Assembly (NCBI GenBank): GCA_036012755.1
Contig: DASCPX010000043.1
Span: 1 to 64,000, forward strand
Direction: 5' to 3'
Origin: Myxococcota bacterium
GTDB taxonomy: Bacteria > Myxococcota_A > UBA796 > CAJQPC01
DNA length: 64,000 nt
Below the pieces are notes generated by a model. The model searched no databases. It had not been told where the DNA came from and saw only the letters and a list, made by a program, of their open reading frames with translations. This document shows, piece by piece, positions 38,866-48,589 of this stretch. The position numbers and the translations under genes were made by a program. Position 1 is the first letter of the stretch. The number at the start of each line of letters is the position of its first letter.

Positions 38866-40457
38866 AGGACGATCACCACCAGCTCGCGGTCACCGGTGGT
38901 CTTCGCGGCCAGCGTGACCTGCCGCTCGCTGCCACCGATTTCGAAGCGGTCGGCCAACACCGGCGCCGTCTTCACGCCCTGGATCATGGCGCGCAGTCTA
39001 TCGGATGCACCCTTCTCAGAGAACAGTCCGACGAGCGGACGGCCGACGAGATCACCAACTGGGAGGCCAGCGAGGTGGCCACCCCAGTCGTTCGCGCGGA
39101 GCACACGCGCCTCTGCGTCGAGCACGAACACCGGGAATGTCGCAGCCGCCAGCATCGCGTCGAAGAGGCCCTCGTCGTCTGCCTCCGGCTGCCCCCCGGC
39201 GCGCGCCAGCACCCGGTTGATGGAGTGAACGAGATCTCCGGCCTCTGGCCAGCCTGCCGGCGGAGCGACGCGGCCCCCGGTCTTCATGGCCAGCTCGGTC
39301 TCTTCGCGCAGATCCTTCAGTGGCTTCGCCGCGAGGAACCAGACGCCACCGAAGGCGACGGCGAGCGCGATCGCCAGCCAGAAGAGCGAGGCCAGCCCTC
39401 GCAGGACGAAGGAAGCCTGCTGGTCTGCGACGCTGGAGGCGTCGTAGCTGAGCACGGCGTAGCCGATGATGGACCCGAAGGAGGGGGCGCCTCGCGTGGC
39501 GGGGCCCCGAATCGGCGTCACGATGCGCGTCAGCCCGTCCTCGTAGGCGTAGACCGGCGCCTTCTCGGACTGGGACTCGACGAAGAGATCGTCCCGCCTG
39601 AGCGATGAGGTGGTCTTGTTCGGGGGCGCGATGACGTCCCCGTGGGAGTCGAGGAGCAGGGCCTGCTTCACGCCGGGTTCGTCGAGCACGAAGTCCACGT
39701 CGAGGGCCAGCTGGTCGTTGGCGACGATCGAGGTCGCGTTGCGGTGGCCGAGGCCCTCGCAGAGCAGCACGCCCTGCTGGACCGCCATGTTCTCGATGAC
39801 GGAGTCCGCGCTGGTGACGAGCCACGCGAAGCCGCCGACCGGCCCACAGGTCAGGACCATTCCGGCGATGACGAGGACGGCGGCGATCCGCACGAGCCAG
39901 GGCAGACCGCCCAGCGGATCGGCGGCAGGGGCGGGCTGGGGAATGACCGAGGTCGCCGACGCCGGCCTCTGTCCGGGTGGCGGCATCGTCGGCGCGGGGT
40001 CCGGTGCCGGGACATCCCGCGTGATCGTGGACTCGGGCTGGGGCTCCAGCGGCGAGCCTCCGAAGGCCTCACCACCGAAGGGGGGGGGCTCTGGTCCACC
40101 GAAGGCGGGAGGCGGCTCGTCGAAGGCGTGCTCCTCTGTGGGCGCGGCGCGCAAGAGCGGCTCGGACTCGCGGGCCTGGAAGACCATGAGCACGTCGCCG
40201 AACTGGAGCTGGGTTCCGTCGGCGAGTTCGCAGGCCTCCATCCGGTGACCGTTCACCAGGATCCCGTTGGCGCTGGCCATGTCCTGGACCACGCAGCGAT
40301 GCCCATCGGACTGGAAGACCGCGTGCCTGCGGCTCACCCGTCGGCTCGGCAGGTAGACCGGGCACTCCGGCTCGCGACCTGCCACGTGCTCGCCGACGGT
40401 CAGCGTGAAGGTCGAGCCCTTGCCTGGGCCCTCGACGATGACGAGGCGCATCTCCAT
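38862..40457 (-). CDS. FHA + TM + periplasmic sensor + TM + HAMP-like + PAS-like protein
   Basis: AGREPEC.VYLPSRRVSRRHA..DMASANG; two TM regions; KPLKDL...EAGDLVHSINR (HAMP-like); PVFVLD....VLRAN...LVGRPL (PAS-like); ATG overlaps the DUF192 stop. Confidence 0.82.
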   Translation of the reverse strand: MEMRLVIVEGPGKGSTFTLTVGEHVAGREPECPVYLPSRRVSRRHAVFQSDGHRCVVQDMASANGILVNGHRMEACELADGTQLQFGDVLMVFQARESEPLLRAAPTEEHAFDEPPPAFGGPEPPPFGGEAFGGSPLEPQPESTITRDVPAPDPAPTMPPPGQRPASATSVIPQPAPAADPLGGLPWLVRIAAVLVIAGMVLTCGPVGGFAWLVTSADSVIENMAVQQGVLLCEGLGHRNATSIVANDQLALDVDFVLDEPGVKQALLLDSHGDVIAPPNKTTSSLRRDDLFVESQSEKAPVYAYEDGLTRIVTPIRGPATRGAPSFGSIIGYAVLSYDASSVADQQASFVLRGLASLFWLAIALAVAFGGVWFLAAKPLKDLREETELAMKTGGRVAPPAGWPEAGDLVHSINRVLARAGGQPEADDEGLFDAMLAAATFPVFVLDAEARVLRANDWGGHLAGLPVGDLVGRPLVGLFSEKGASDRLRAMIQGVKTAPVLADRFEIGGSERQVTLAAKTTGDRELVVIVL

Positions 40458-40810
40458 CAGCCGATCTCCAGGACGTCGCCTGGCTGGGTCGAGGTCGCAG
40501 CGATCGTACCTACCGGGAGCTCGATGGCGTAGCGACTGCCCCAGTGGACCTTGCTGAGCCGCCACGGACGCAGCTCCTCGACGCAGCCGGTGACGTGGGC
40601 GTCAGCGTCGGCGAAGACCACGTCGAGGGCGTAGCGCATGAAGAACATGTGGACGCTGTTGCATGGCTCGAGCACGAAGCCTTCGCCCGCCGCTGGCTCC
40701 GGCCGACCGAGCAGGCCCCGAGCGCGCTCGAAGAAACCCGTAGCGTGAGCTGCCTGCTCTGCGAGGACGCTTTGACGCGTCCGGTTTCGCACGCAAACCG
40801 TCTTCATCAC
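40457..40810 (-). CDS. DUF192 family protein
   Basis: FFERARGLLGR, PCNSVHMFFMRYALDVVFAD, LRPWR, AIELPVG. Confidence 0.92.
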   Translation of the reverse strand: MMKTVCVRNRTRQSVLAEQAAHATGFFERARGLLGRPEPAAGEGFVLEPCNSVHMFFMRYALDVVFADADAHVTGCVEELRPWRLSKVHWGSRYAIELPVGTIAATSTQPGDVLEIG

Positions 40811-41727
40811 AAGCCGATCGTCTGGTCCCCGTACATGAAGTTCAGAGCGATGGGACCGAAGATGATGACGAAGACCGCCGGCATGATGCAGAGGATCAAC
40901 GGGAAGAGGATCTTCTGCGAGGCGTACGCGCCCTGGCGCTCGGCCGCCTGGAAGCGGTGGGTGCGGACGAGGTCGCTCTGGGCCCTCAACACCGGGCCGA
41001 TCGAAGCGCCGAGGACGTCCGCCTGGATCAACATCGCGGTGAAGCTCCGGACCTCGCTCATGTCGATCCGGTGGGCCAGGTTCCGCAGGGCCTGCTGGCG
41101 CGTGGCGCCGACCTGCAGCTCGCCGAGGAAGAAGGACAGCTCATCGACCAGCGGGCCCGCCTTGGCCTTCTCGCAGACCTTGTGGATGCCAGCCACGAAG
41201 TCGAGGCCCGCCTCGACCGACAGGGTCAACAGGTCGAGCACGTAGGGGAGCGCTCGCCGGATGCGGCCCTGGCGATCACGCACAAGCCCCGTGATCCAGA
41301 TGTCCGGGAAGCTCGTGCCGATGATGAAGATGAACAGGTCGATCACCAGCGGCTCGTCCCAGCCGACGATGACCCGGGCGAAAAGCACGACGAAGAGCGC
41401 CCAGAAGGCCGTGCCCATCAGGATCTTGTAGGCGAAGAACTCCTCGGCGGTCATCGCGTCGGTCAAGCCGGCGTTCACGAACTTCTTCGCGATCCAGGTC
41501 CGATACCGCGGCAGGCGGATCCAGCGCACCATCGGCACCATCATGCCGAGCAGCGGGCGCAGGGCCTGGACCATCGGAGACAGCGTCTCGCTCTCCACGC
41601 CCTTCAGGCCGAGGCGCTCCTGGGCCGGGTCGTGCTCGTCCGAGGGCCAGGCGCTGACCACGCCGAAGAACACCGCCGCCGCGAAGAGCAGCGTGATCGG
41701 GACGGAGAGGGGCGGAAAAGCCGGCAC
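40807..41727 (-). CDS. tadC: Tad pilus inner-membrane platform protein TadC (T2SS F family)
   Basis: FPD.W......R...I.RALP..LDLL.LSVEAGL.F, L.QAD.LG.SI..VLR.QS..VR..R.Q.AE, KILFPLILCIMPA.F.IIFGP. Confidence 0.9.
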   Translation of the reverse strand: MPAFPPLSVPITLLFAAAVFFGVVSAWPSDEHDPAQERLGLKGVESETLSPMVQALRPLLGMMVPMVRWIRLPRYRTWIAKKFVNAGLTDAMTAEEFFAYKILMGTAFWALFVVLFARVIVGWDEPLVIDLFIFIIGTSFPDIWITGLVRDRQGRIRRALPYVLDLLTLSVEAGLDFVAGIHKVCEKAKAGPLVDELSFFLGELQVGATRQQALRNLAHRIDMSEVRSFTAMLIQADVLGASIGPVLRAQSDLVRTHRFQAAERQGAYASQKILFPLILCIMPAVFVIIFGPIALNFMYGDQTIGL

Positions 41728-41736
41728 GCGCGAAGA

Positions 41737-42549
41737 CTACCGCGACGTGAGGATCTCTCGAAGCTCAGAGGCCTCGACCGGATGACCTGTGAAGAGCTCG
41801 AAGGACATGGCGCCCTGGTGGATGAGCATGCCCAGCCCGGTGCTCGTGCGAAGTCCCCGCGCCCCGCAGGCCGCGAGTCGTGGGGGCCGGGGGTTCCAGT
41901 AGTTGGCGTCCACCCAGATCGCAGTCTCCGGCAGCTGCTCGATCGGCAAGGCCTCGACGAGGGCCTCTGCCCCTCCTCCGAGGCAGTTCACGACGAGGTC
42001 GAAGGGGGTCCCCGCGAAGGCCTCTGGCGTCAGCGGCGAGGCGACGACACGGAGCTGGTCTGCGGCCTTCTCCGCCCGCGACAGGGTGCGATTGAAGAGG
42101 TGGACCTCGGCGCGCTGGGCGAGGCTCGCGGCGACCGCCCGACCAGCACCGCCGGCTCCGAGGACCGCGCAGACTGCGCCCGTGGGGTCGAAGTCGTGCT
42201 CCTCGGCGAGGCTCGCGACCAACCCGGCGCCGTCGGTGTTGTAGCCGGTGAGGTGCCCGTCGACGTTGATCACCACGTTGACGGCGCCCGCCTCGCGCGC
42301 CGCGATGGTGAGGTGGTCCAGATCCGGCAGCAGCCGCTCCTTGAAGGGCACGGTGAGGTTCACGCCGACGATGTCGAGGGTGACGATGGCGCTCGCGACA
42401 CGGTCCGCGCGGCGGGGATCGACATCGAAGGCGACGTACACGGCGTCCAGACCGAGGCGACGGAACAGGGTCGTGTGCATCTCCGGCGAGAGGCTGTGGC
42501 GGACGGGGTGCCCCACGAGTCCGAAGATCCGGGTGCGGCCGCTGATCAC
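41737..42549 (-). CDS. aroE: Shikimate dehydrogenase
   Basis: GHPVRHSLSP.MH, GVNLTVPFK, GAVN, GYNTDG.G, LGAGGAGRAV, GLGMLIHQG..SF..FTG. Confidence 0.96.
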   Translation of the reverse strand: MISGRTRIFGLVGHPVRHSLSPEMHTTLFRRLGLDAVYVAFDVDPRRADRVASAIVTLDIVGVNLTVPFKERLLPDLDHLTIAAREAGAVNVVINVDGHLTGYNTDGAGLVASLAEEHDFDPTGAVCAVLGAGGAGRAVAASLAQRAEVHLFNRTLSRAEKAADQLRVVASPLTPEAFAGTPFDLVVNCLGGGAEALVEALPIEQLPETAIWVDANYWNPRPPRLAACGARGLRTSTGLGMLIHQGAMSFELFTGHPVEASELREILTSR

Positions 42550-42571
42550 TTCGAGCTCGGAGCTGCGCGCG

Positions 42572-43492
42572 TCACCGCGTCAAGATCGCACGGGCCGCCT
42601 GGATGTCCTTCTCGACCTGCCGCTTCAGGGCCCCGACGTTCTCGAAGCGGCGCTCGCCCCGGAGCCGCTCGCGGAAGAGCACGTCCATGCGCTCCCCGTA
42701 GAGGTCGCCCTCGAAGTCGAGCAGGTGGACCTCGATCGACAGCCGGCTGCCCTCGAAGGTAGGCCGGACCCCGAGGTTCGCGACCGCGGGGCGCAGCTCG
42801 CCGTCGACCACCCGGGCCTCCACCGCGTAGACCCCCGGCGGCGGCAGGAGCTCGCCCTCCCTGGAGATGTTGGCGGTCGGGAAGCCCAGCGCGCGCCCGC
42901 GGGCCTCGCCCTCGATCACGGTGCCGCGGAGGTGAAACGGGCGCCCCAGCAGCTCCGAGGCGCGGTGCAGATCACCGGTGGCGACGGACTCGCGGATCCG
43001 TGAGCTGGAGACGGTGGTTCCATCCTCCAGGACCAGCGCTTCGACGGCATCGATGGGCAGTTCGGGCAGCTGCTGCCTCAGCAGATCGATGTCGCCAGCG
43101 CGCTCGTTGCCGTAGCGGAAGTCGTAGCCGACCACCATCGCGACGGGGTCGAGGCGGGACTCGAGGATCTCGTGAGCGAACCACTGAGGTGGGTTCTGCC
43201 CGAGCTCGACGCTGAAGGCCTCGATGACGACGATGTCCACCCCAGCCTCTCCCAGGAGCCGGAGCTTCTCGCCGAGGGGCAGGATGCGGGGTGGACAGCT
43301 CTCCGGGCGCAGGACCCGCTGAGGCGCTGGCTCGAAGGTGTAGACACAGCTGGGCGCGTCGCGCTGCCCGGCAGTCTCGATGAGCACCTCGAGCAGGCGA
43401 CGGTGGCCAAGGTGCACACCATCGAAATTGCCGATGGTGATCACACCTCGGACCTCGCGACCGAAGCGCTCGGAGCCATGGACGACGCGCAT
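42572..43492 (-). CDS. ribF: Bifunctional riboflavin kinase/FAD synthetase
   Basis: IGNFDGVHLGH, VGYDFRYG, VSSSRIR, GRALGFPTAN, GVYAV, N.GVRPTF, EVHLLDF.GDLYG. Confidence 0.97.
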   Translation of the reverse strand: MRVVHGSERFGREVRGVITIGNFDGVHLGHRRLLEVLIETAGQRDAPSCVYTFEPAPQRVLRPESCPPRILPLGEKLRLLGEAGVDIVVIEAFSVELGQNPPQWFAHEILESRLDPVAMVVGYDFRYGNERAGDIDLLRQQLPELPIDAVEALVLEDGTTVSSSRIRESVATGDLHRASELLGRPFHLRGTVIEGEARGRALGFPTANISREGELLPPPGVYAVEARVVDGELRPAVANLGVRPTFEGSRLSIEVHLLDFEGDLYGERMDVLFRERLRGERRFENVGALKRQVEKDIQAARAILTR

Positions 43493-43535
43493 GGCGCCAT
43501 CTATCCGCCTGGCGGAGCGCGCGATAGCAGGCTGC

Positions 43536-45149
43536 ATGCTTCTGTTCGCCCTGGCCTGCAGCTCCGAGCCCACCCCCAGCGCCGAGGTCGATCCGGTGGA
43601 GGATCTCGGGCCCATCGACGGGGACACCCTGGTCGTGGCGGCGAGCTTCGATCCGGGCAACCTGAACTCCATCGTCGCGCCCTACGCGCTCAGTGGGTAC
43701 TACATCGGCGCGACACAGCTGGGGCTGGTCGAGCGGCGCGTCGATACGGACGGCCTGCTCCACGTCCCCGGCGTCGCCGAGTCCTGGTCGTGGTCGGAGG
43801 ACGGACTGACGACGACCTTCATCCTCCGAGACGACATCGTCTTCAGCGACGGCCATCCGCTCTCCGCAGAGGACGTCGCCTTCACCTACGAGCTGATCCT
43901 CGACCCGGAGGTCGCCAGCAACTGGCACGCCCTGGAGAAGAAGCTGGAGTCGGTGGAGGTCATCGACGAGCACACCGTGGCCTTCACCTGGAAGCAGCCG
44001 GGGCTGCACACGAACCTGATGGACGAGTTCCGCCTCGGCGTCCTCCCGAAGCACGTCCTCGCGGAGGCGGACCGTGGCTCCCTGCGAGGGCACGAGTACT
44101 CGCGAAACCCCCTGTCGACGGCCTCCTGGAAGCTCACGGCCTGGGACAAGGAGGCCCGGCTGGTGTTGGAGCCCAACGGCCTCGTCACCGGCCGGCCGCC
44201 CGCTCGGCTCGATCGGGTGATCACCAAGATCATCCCGGAATACGCGACCCAGCTGATCGAGCTGGAGAACGGCAGCGTCGACATGGTCTTCACGGTCGAG
44301 CTGGCGGACATCCCCGGCATCGAGGCCGACCACCCGGAGATCCGCCTGCTGCGGGAGGAGGCCTCCGGAATGGAGTACGTCGGGTGGAACATGAAGGACC
44401 CGATCCTCGAGGACGCGCGCGTTCGTCTGGCGTTGACGCATGCGATCGACGTCGAGCGACTCATCGAAGACGCCTACTCGGTCGACGACAGGGTCTTCGC
44501 CTCCCCCTGCCACGGCACCGTCACCCCCTCGACCGGGGGCTGGTACAACACGGACATCGAGCGACTGGCCTTCGACCAACAACAATCCATGGCGCTGTTC
44601 GACGAGGCCGGCTGGACGGACACCGACGGGGACGCCATCCGCGACCGGGACGGCCAGCCGCTGTCGATCACGCTGGTCATCCAGAACAGCATCCCGCGAA
44701 GCGAGAAGCTGGCCATCCGCATCCAGGCGATGCTGCGCGAGGTCGGGGTCGATCTGCAGATCCAGGCCCTGGAACCAAACCTCTTCAGCAGCCAGGCCAG
44801 GGCCCACGAGTTCCAGGCGATCCTCTGGGGGTTCGGCGCGAACTACAAGGTGGACCCGACCATCCAGTGGCACTCGACGGGCCAGTACAACTGGATGGGC
44901 TTCTCCGATCCAGAGGTCGACCGGCTGCTCGAGGAGGCGATGTCCACCAGCGATCTCTCGGATGCCCAGGCCAAGGTCCGAGAGGTCCAGGCGATCGTCT
45001 ACGAGGCCCAGCCCGCGACCTTCCTGGTCTGGCAGGACACCGTCGGTGCGATCCACACCCGCTTCGAGGGCGTGAAGCAGAACCCATACACGGCCTTCCA
45101 GGAGCTCGAGACCTGGTGGGTGCCGGCCTCGAAGCAGAAGTACCGCTAG
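43536..45149 (+). CDS. ABC transporter substrate-binding lipoprotein, family 5 (peptide/nickel)
   Basis: MLLFALAC lipobox; AESWSWSEDGLT.TF.LRDD..FSDG.PLSAEDVAFT; D.RVRLAL..AID. No permease genes adjacent. Confidence 0.93.
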   Translation: MLLFALACSSEPTPSAEVDPVEDLGPIDGDTLVVAASFDPGNLNSIVAPYALSGYYIGATQLGLVERRVDTDGLLHVPGVAESWSWSEDGLTTTFILRDDIVFSDGHPLSAEDVAFTYELILDPEVASNWHALEKKLESVEVIDEHTVAFTWKQPGLHTNLMDEFRLGVLPKHVLAEADRGSLRGHEYSRNPLSTASWKLTAWDKEARLVLEPNGLVTGRPPARLDRVITKIIPEYATQLIELENGSVDMVFTVELADIPGIEADHPEIRLLREEASGMEYVGWNMKDPILEDARVRLALTHAIDVERLIEDAYSVDDRVFASPCHGTVTPSTGGWYNTDIERLAFDQQQSMALFDEAGWTDTDGDAIRDRDGQPLSITLVIQNSIPRSEKLAIRIQAMLREVGVDLQIQALEPNLFSSQARAHEFQAILWGFGANYKVDPTIQWHSTGQYNWMGFSDPEVDRLLEEAMSTSDLSDAQAKVREVQAIVYEAQPATFLVWQDTVGAIHTRFEGVKQNPYTAFQELETWWVPASKQKYR

Positions 45150-47317
45150 CCGCAGATCATCATCGTAACGACGCGGCCCGAGAGCGTGGTCCCGCCGGTG
45201 AGCGCCGCTCGGAGTTGGGAGGTGGAGAAGAACGGGTCCCTGCGCTTCCAGGTCTCCTGGCGGATGCGGAGTTCGCCGCCGCGACGGGTGCGCTGCCCGA
45301 CGAAGAGCTCGAACTCCCGTGGGAGCACCCCCCAGTAGGGGCCCTCGTCGTGGTCGCTCAGCACGGGCCGAAACGCGCTGAAGCCGTCGACGATGAGATG
45401 GAAGGCCTTGTCGCCGCTGCGTCCAAGGCGCACCGGGCGCCCCTTGGCCCTCTCGGCCAACAGCGCGCCGGTCGAGGTCGCCCAGCCGATGGGCATGTAC
45501 CAGCCCTCCTCGTGGGGCAGCCAGAGGGCCACGAGGTCTACCGCCGCGAACTCGTAGGGCTTGAGCAGCTGCTCCTCCGGCGTCAAGGTCCGCTGGGAGA
45601 TCAGGATGTGGATGTTGTCGACGAGAGTGCTCCGAGCGACCAGCAGCGGGGAACGGTCCACGGCGCGGAAGCCCGGTGGCAGCGCCCAGGGGCCCGCGCC
45701 GTCCAGCTCGAAGACGGCGTAGTTGGTGTCGGCGATGGGCTCGTCCAGAGCAGCCGATTGCAGGCGGCTCAGGTCCAGCTGGTGGCGCCGGATCTCACCG
45801 CAAAGGAGCTCTCCGTAGCGGGAGTCCTCTCCCAGCTTCTTCGCCTCGACGAGAGCGATCTCGGAGTGCTCCTCTGCGTAGAGCAGCACCTCGACCCGCG
45901 GATCTCGGGAGAGCCCGAGCAGCCCCCCCGGTCCTCTGGAGCCGGCGAAGCGACGCCGGCCGTCCTCGACGAGGATCTTGGAGACCCGCCCGGTGATCAC
46001 CTCGCCGACACGATCCGGGGGCACACGGCCGCGGTAGCCGGGCTTCAGCGTGAGCAGCGGCATGCCGTCGCTGTCGACGGGTGCGATCTCCGGGGCATCG
46101 GAGACCGGCATCGTCCGCGCGGGCCAGGAGCGGCTGCCCACGTCCAACAGCCGCATGTCGAGACGAAGACGCCAGCCGCCATGAATCCTGCGCTCCGGGG
46201 TCGAGAAGCACTGCAGCCCCTCCAGCCGCCGGATGGCCCGCGGCAGCCCCAGCTCGAAGCGGGCCTCGCGCCCGTCCGGCAGCTTCGTGACCAGGGGGAC
46301 CTCGTCCACGAGGAGCTCGGTGAGCGTGCTGCCAGGGACCACATCGGCCACGCTCGCGAGCACCCGACCGAGCCGACCGAGGTCCTGCAGAGCAGAGAGC
46401 ACCTCGGCCCCGAAGACATCGAGCTCGACGGCGACCTCGCTGTCCCAGTCGGCCAGGAGGCGAACCGGGTGGTTCACCCAGGCGGCGGTCCTGCCGAGCC
46501 GGGTCCTGCCCAGGTCCTTCGGGAAGCCGAAGGTCTCCCGACCGACGACGACGGCGGCGCTGCTGTTGGGATAGAGCGAGTGGGTGTAGACCGTCGGCGG
46601 CCAGCGCTTCAGCGGAGCGAAGAAGGCCACCTCGTCGTAGCTGGTGCTCAGCTGGAAGGCGCCGAACCTCGGGTAGTGGGTGAAGACGACGAGGCTGCGG
46701 GTCCCGAAGACGTCGTGCCCTCGCGCCTCCGCCTCCGAGACCTCGACGCCCCCGGAGACCACGAGCATGACGAGGTCCACGTCCTCGGCCTCGTAGTCGG
46801 CGGCAGGGATGGAGGCGTCGAGTGGATCCAGGAAGTCCTCGAGGCCCTCTCCGAGCCGTTTGGCTTCGCGGCGCGTGGCCTTCAGCTCGCCGCTGGCGAG
46901 GTCGACCAGATCCACCCCGGCGAAGTGCCCCGCCAGACCCAGCTTCGCGTAGCGCCCGGGACCTACGAACCGCACCGCGGCGAGAGTGACGAGGCTGGGA
47001 GGGAGCGCCGGCAGCCGCTCGCGGATGCCGACCCAGGAGGGACCCTCGACGACCCACCGTCGGGGGTCCGTGTCTGGCTCCGACGGACGGACACCGGTGA
47101 GCTCCTCGATACGCTCGGGGGAGAACAGCGGCCAGAGGGTCGGGAGCAGGAAGCTCTCCGCGACCCCGTCGAGGACGAGGACGACCTCGACGCCCACCGC
47201 GAACTCGACCTGCTGGCCCGGAGCCACCTCGACGACATCGAGCCCATCACCGAAGGCGACGAGTTCGGTCTCCGACAGGGTCCGCAGACCCGGGATCCCT
47301 CGCAACAGCGCGACCAC
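45146..47317 (-). CDS. Cyclic-nucleotide-binding-like / acetoacetate decarboxylase-family fusion protein
   Basis: LLRGIPGLRTLSETEL...V.PGQ (cNMP-like); YDEV.FF...VVGRETFGFPK (ADC motif); second, degenerate repeat in the C-terminal half. Confidence 0.6.
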   Translation of the reverse strand: MVALLRGIPGLRTLSETELVAFGDGLDVVEVAPGQQVEFAVGVEVVLVLDGVAESFLLPTLWPLFSPERIEELTGVRPSEPDTDPRRWVVEGPSWVGIRERLPALPPSLVTLAAVRFVGPGRYAKLGLAGHFAGVDLVDLASGELKATRREAKRLGEGLEDFLDPLDASIPAADYEAEDVDLVMLVVSGGVEVSEAEARGHDVFGTRSLVVFTHYPRFGAFQLSTSYDEVAFFAPLKRWPPTVYTHSLYPNSSAAVVVGRETFGFPKDLGRTRLGRTAAWVNHPVRLLADWDSEVAVELDVFGAEVLSALQDLGRLGRVLASVADVVPGSTLTELLVDEVPLVTKLPDGREARFELGLPRAIRRLEGLQCFSTPERRIHGGWRLRLDMRLLDVGSRSWPARTMPVSDAPEIAPVDSDGMPLLTLKPGYRGRVPPDRVGEVITGRVSKILVEDGRRRFAGSRGPGGLLGLSRDPRVEVLLYAEEHSEIALVEAKKLGEDSRYGELLCGEIRRHQLDLSRLQSAALDEPIADTNYAVFELDGAGPWALPPGFRAVDRSPLLVARSTLVDNIHILISQRTLTPEEQLLKPYEFAAVDLVALWLPHEEGWYMPIGWATSTGALLAERAKGRPVRLGRSGDKAFHLIVDGFSAFRPVLSDHDEGPYWGVLPREFELFVGQRTRRGGELRIRQETWKRRDPFFSTSQLRAALTGGTTLSGRVVTMMICG

Positions 47318-47371
47318 GCCGCGAGCATATGTCAGGTCGGCCCTTGAAGCTCACCCCAGGGGTCCGAGGAC

Positions 47372-48511
47372 TCAGCTCGCCCAGCGCATCCACTCGCTCG
47401 GGTCGAAGATCTGCGGCCTGCCGAAGTGGTAGCCCTGCACCAGGTGGATGCCACACTCGCGAAGGGTCGCGGCCTCTTCGGCGGTCTCGATGCCTTCGCC
47501 GAGCACCGTGGCGCCGGTGGCGTCACCGAACTTCACGAGCAGATCGACCAGGCGCTGCTTGCGGGGCTCCTTGTCACAGTTCCGCACGATCGACATGTCG
47601 ATCTTGATGAAGGTCGGCTGAAGGTCGGCGAGGACCGAGAGGCTGTTGTAGCCAGCGCCGAGATCGTCCACGGCGATCTGGAAGCCAGCCGTCTGGAGCT
47701 CCTCGACGCTCCTCTCCCAGCCACCGATGCCCTGGAGCCGGCTGCGCTCGGTGATCTCGATCGCCACCCGGTCCGCGTAGGGCAGCACCGGCTGGAGGGT
47801 CGCCATGAGCCCATCCATGTCCCCGAGCTGTTCGGGGTGGAGGTTCATGAAGAGGTGCTCGTCGGCGCCGAGGACCTCCAGGATCTCACCACAGCGGCGG
47901 GAGACCTCTGCGGCCAGCTCCATGATCATGTCGTGGCGCTCGGCCACGCGGAGCACGGGCATCGGCCCGTCGAGGATGCAGTGGCTGGAGCGCAGCAAGG
48001 CCTCGTAGCCGAAGGGCGAGCCGTCAGCGCGCAGGATGGGCTGCAGCGCCATGCGGATGAAGCCCTCTCGAAGGCAGGCCTCGAGCATGCTGCGCTCGCT
48101 GCTCTCGACCGCCAGCTGCTGGGCGTGACGGACGGTGGCCATGCGCCGGACGGAGGCGTAGGCCTCGCCGAGATGACGCAGGAAGGCCCTGGGCTCGAAG
48201 GGCTTCTCGACGACGCGCAGGACCTCGCCGCGGTTGACCGCCTCGACGATCATCGGGAAGTCGGTGCAGCCGGTCATGAGCATGCGGATGCAGCCCGGCT
48301 GGGCCTCGCGGATGGCAGAGAGGACCTTGAGTCCGTCCAGCCCCGGCATGTCGTAGTCCACCAGGGCAACGTCGAAGACATGGTCCTGCAGCCGCCGAAG
48401 CGCCGAAGGTCCGTCTCCGGCCGTGACCACGCGGAGTCCCTCCGACACCAGCACGCGCCTCAGCGAGCGGCAGAGGCTGAGGTCATCGTCGACGATCAAG
48501 ATATGGTTCAT
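47372..48511 (-). CDS. Response regulator REC + EAL c-di-GMP phosphodiesterase
   Basis: ILIVDDD, VDYDMPGLDG, KP; QPI, YEALLR, MNL, IEITE, VDDLGAGYNS, IKID, EGIET, QGY. Confidence 0.94.
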   Translation of the reverse strand: MNHILIVDDDLSLCRSLRRVLVSEGLRVVTAGDGPSALRRLQDHVFDVALVDYDMPGLDGLKVLSAIREAQPGCIRMLMTGCTDFPMIVEAVNRGEVLRVVEKPFEPRAFLRHLGEAYASVRRMATVRHAQQLAVESSERSMLEACLREGFIRMALQPILRADGSPFGYEALLRSSHCILDGPMPVLRVAERHDMIMELAAEVSRRCGEILEVLGADEHLFMNLHPEQLGDMDGLMATLQPVLPYADRVAIEITERSRLQGIGGWERSVEELQTAGFQIAVDDLGAGYNSLSVLADLQPTFIKIDMSIVRNCDKEPRKQRLVDLLVKFGDATGATVLGEGIETAEEAATLRECGIHLVQGYHFGRPQIFDPSEWMRWAS

Positions 48512-48589
48512 TCCCCACTCCGAGTTGTTGCCTTCCCTGGGCACTTGGGCACCATGCATGGCTCCTCGGATCACAGGTAGGGTGGGTTG

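Noticed and set aside
36274..47347. Very long alternative ORFs (36274-39228, 42972-45056, 43172-47347)
   Set aside because: They are antisense or off-frame shadows of well-supported genes, expected at this GC content and codon bias.
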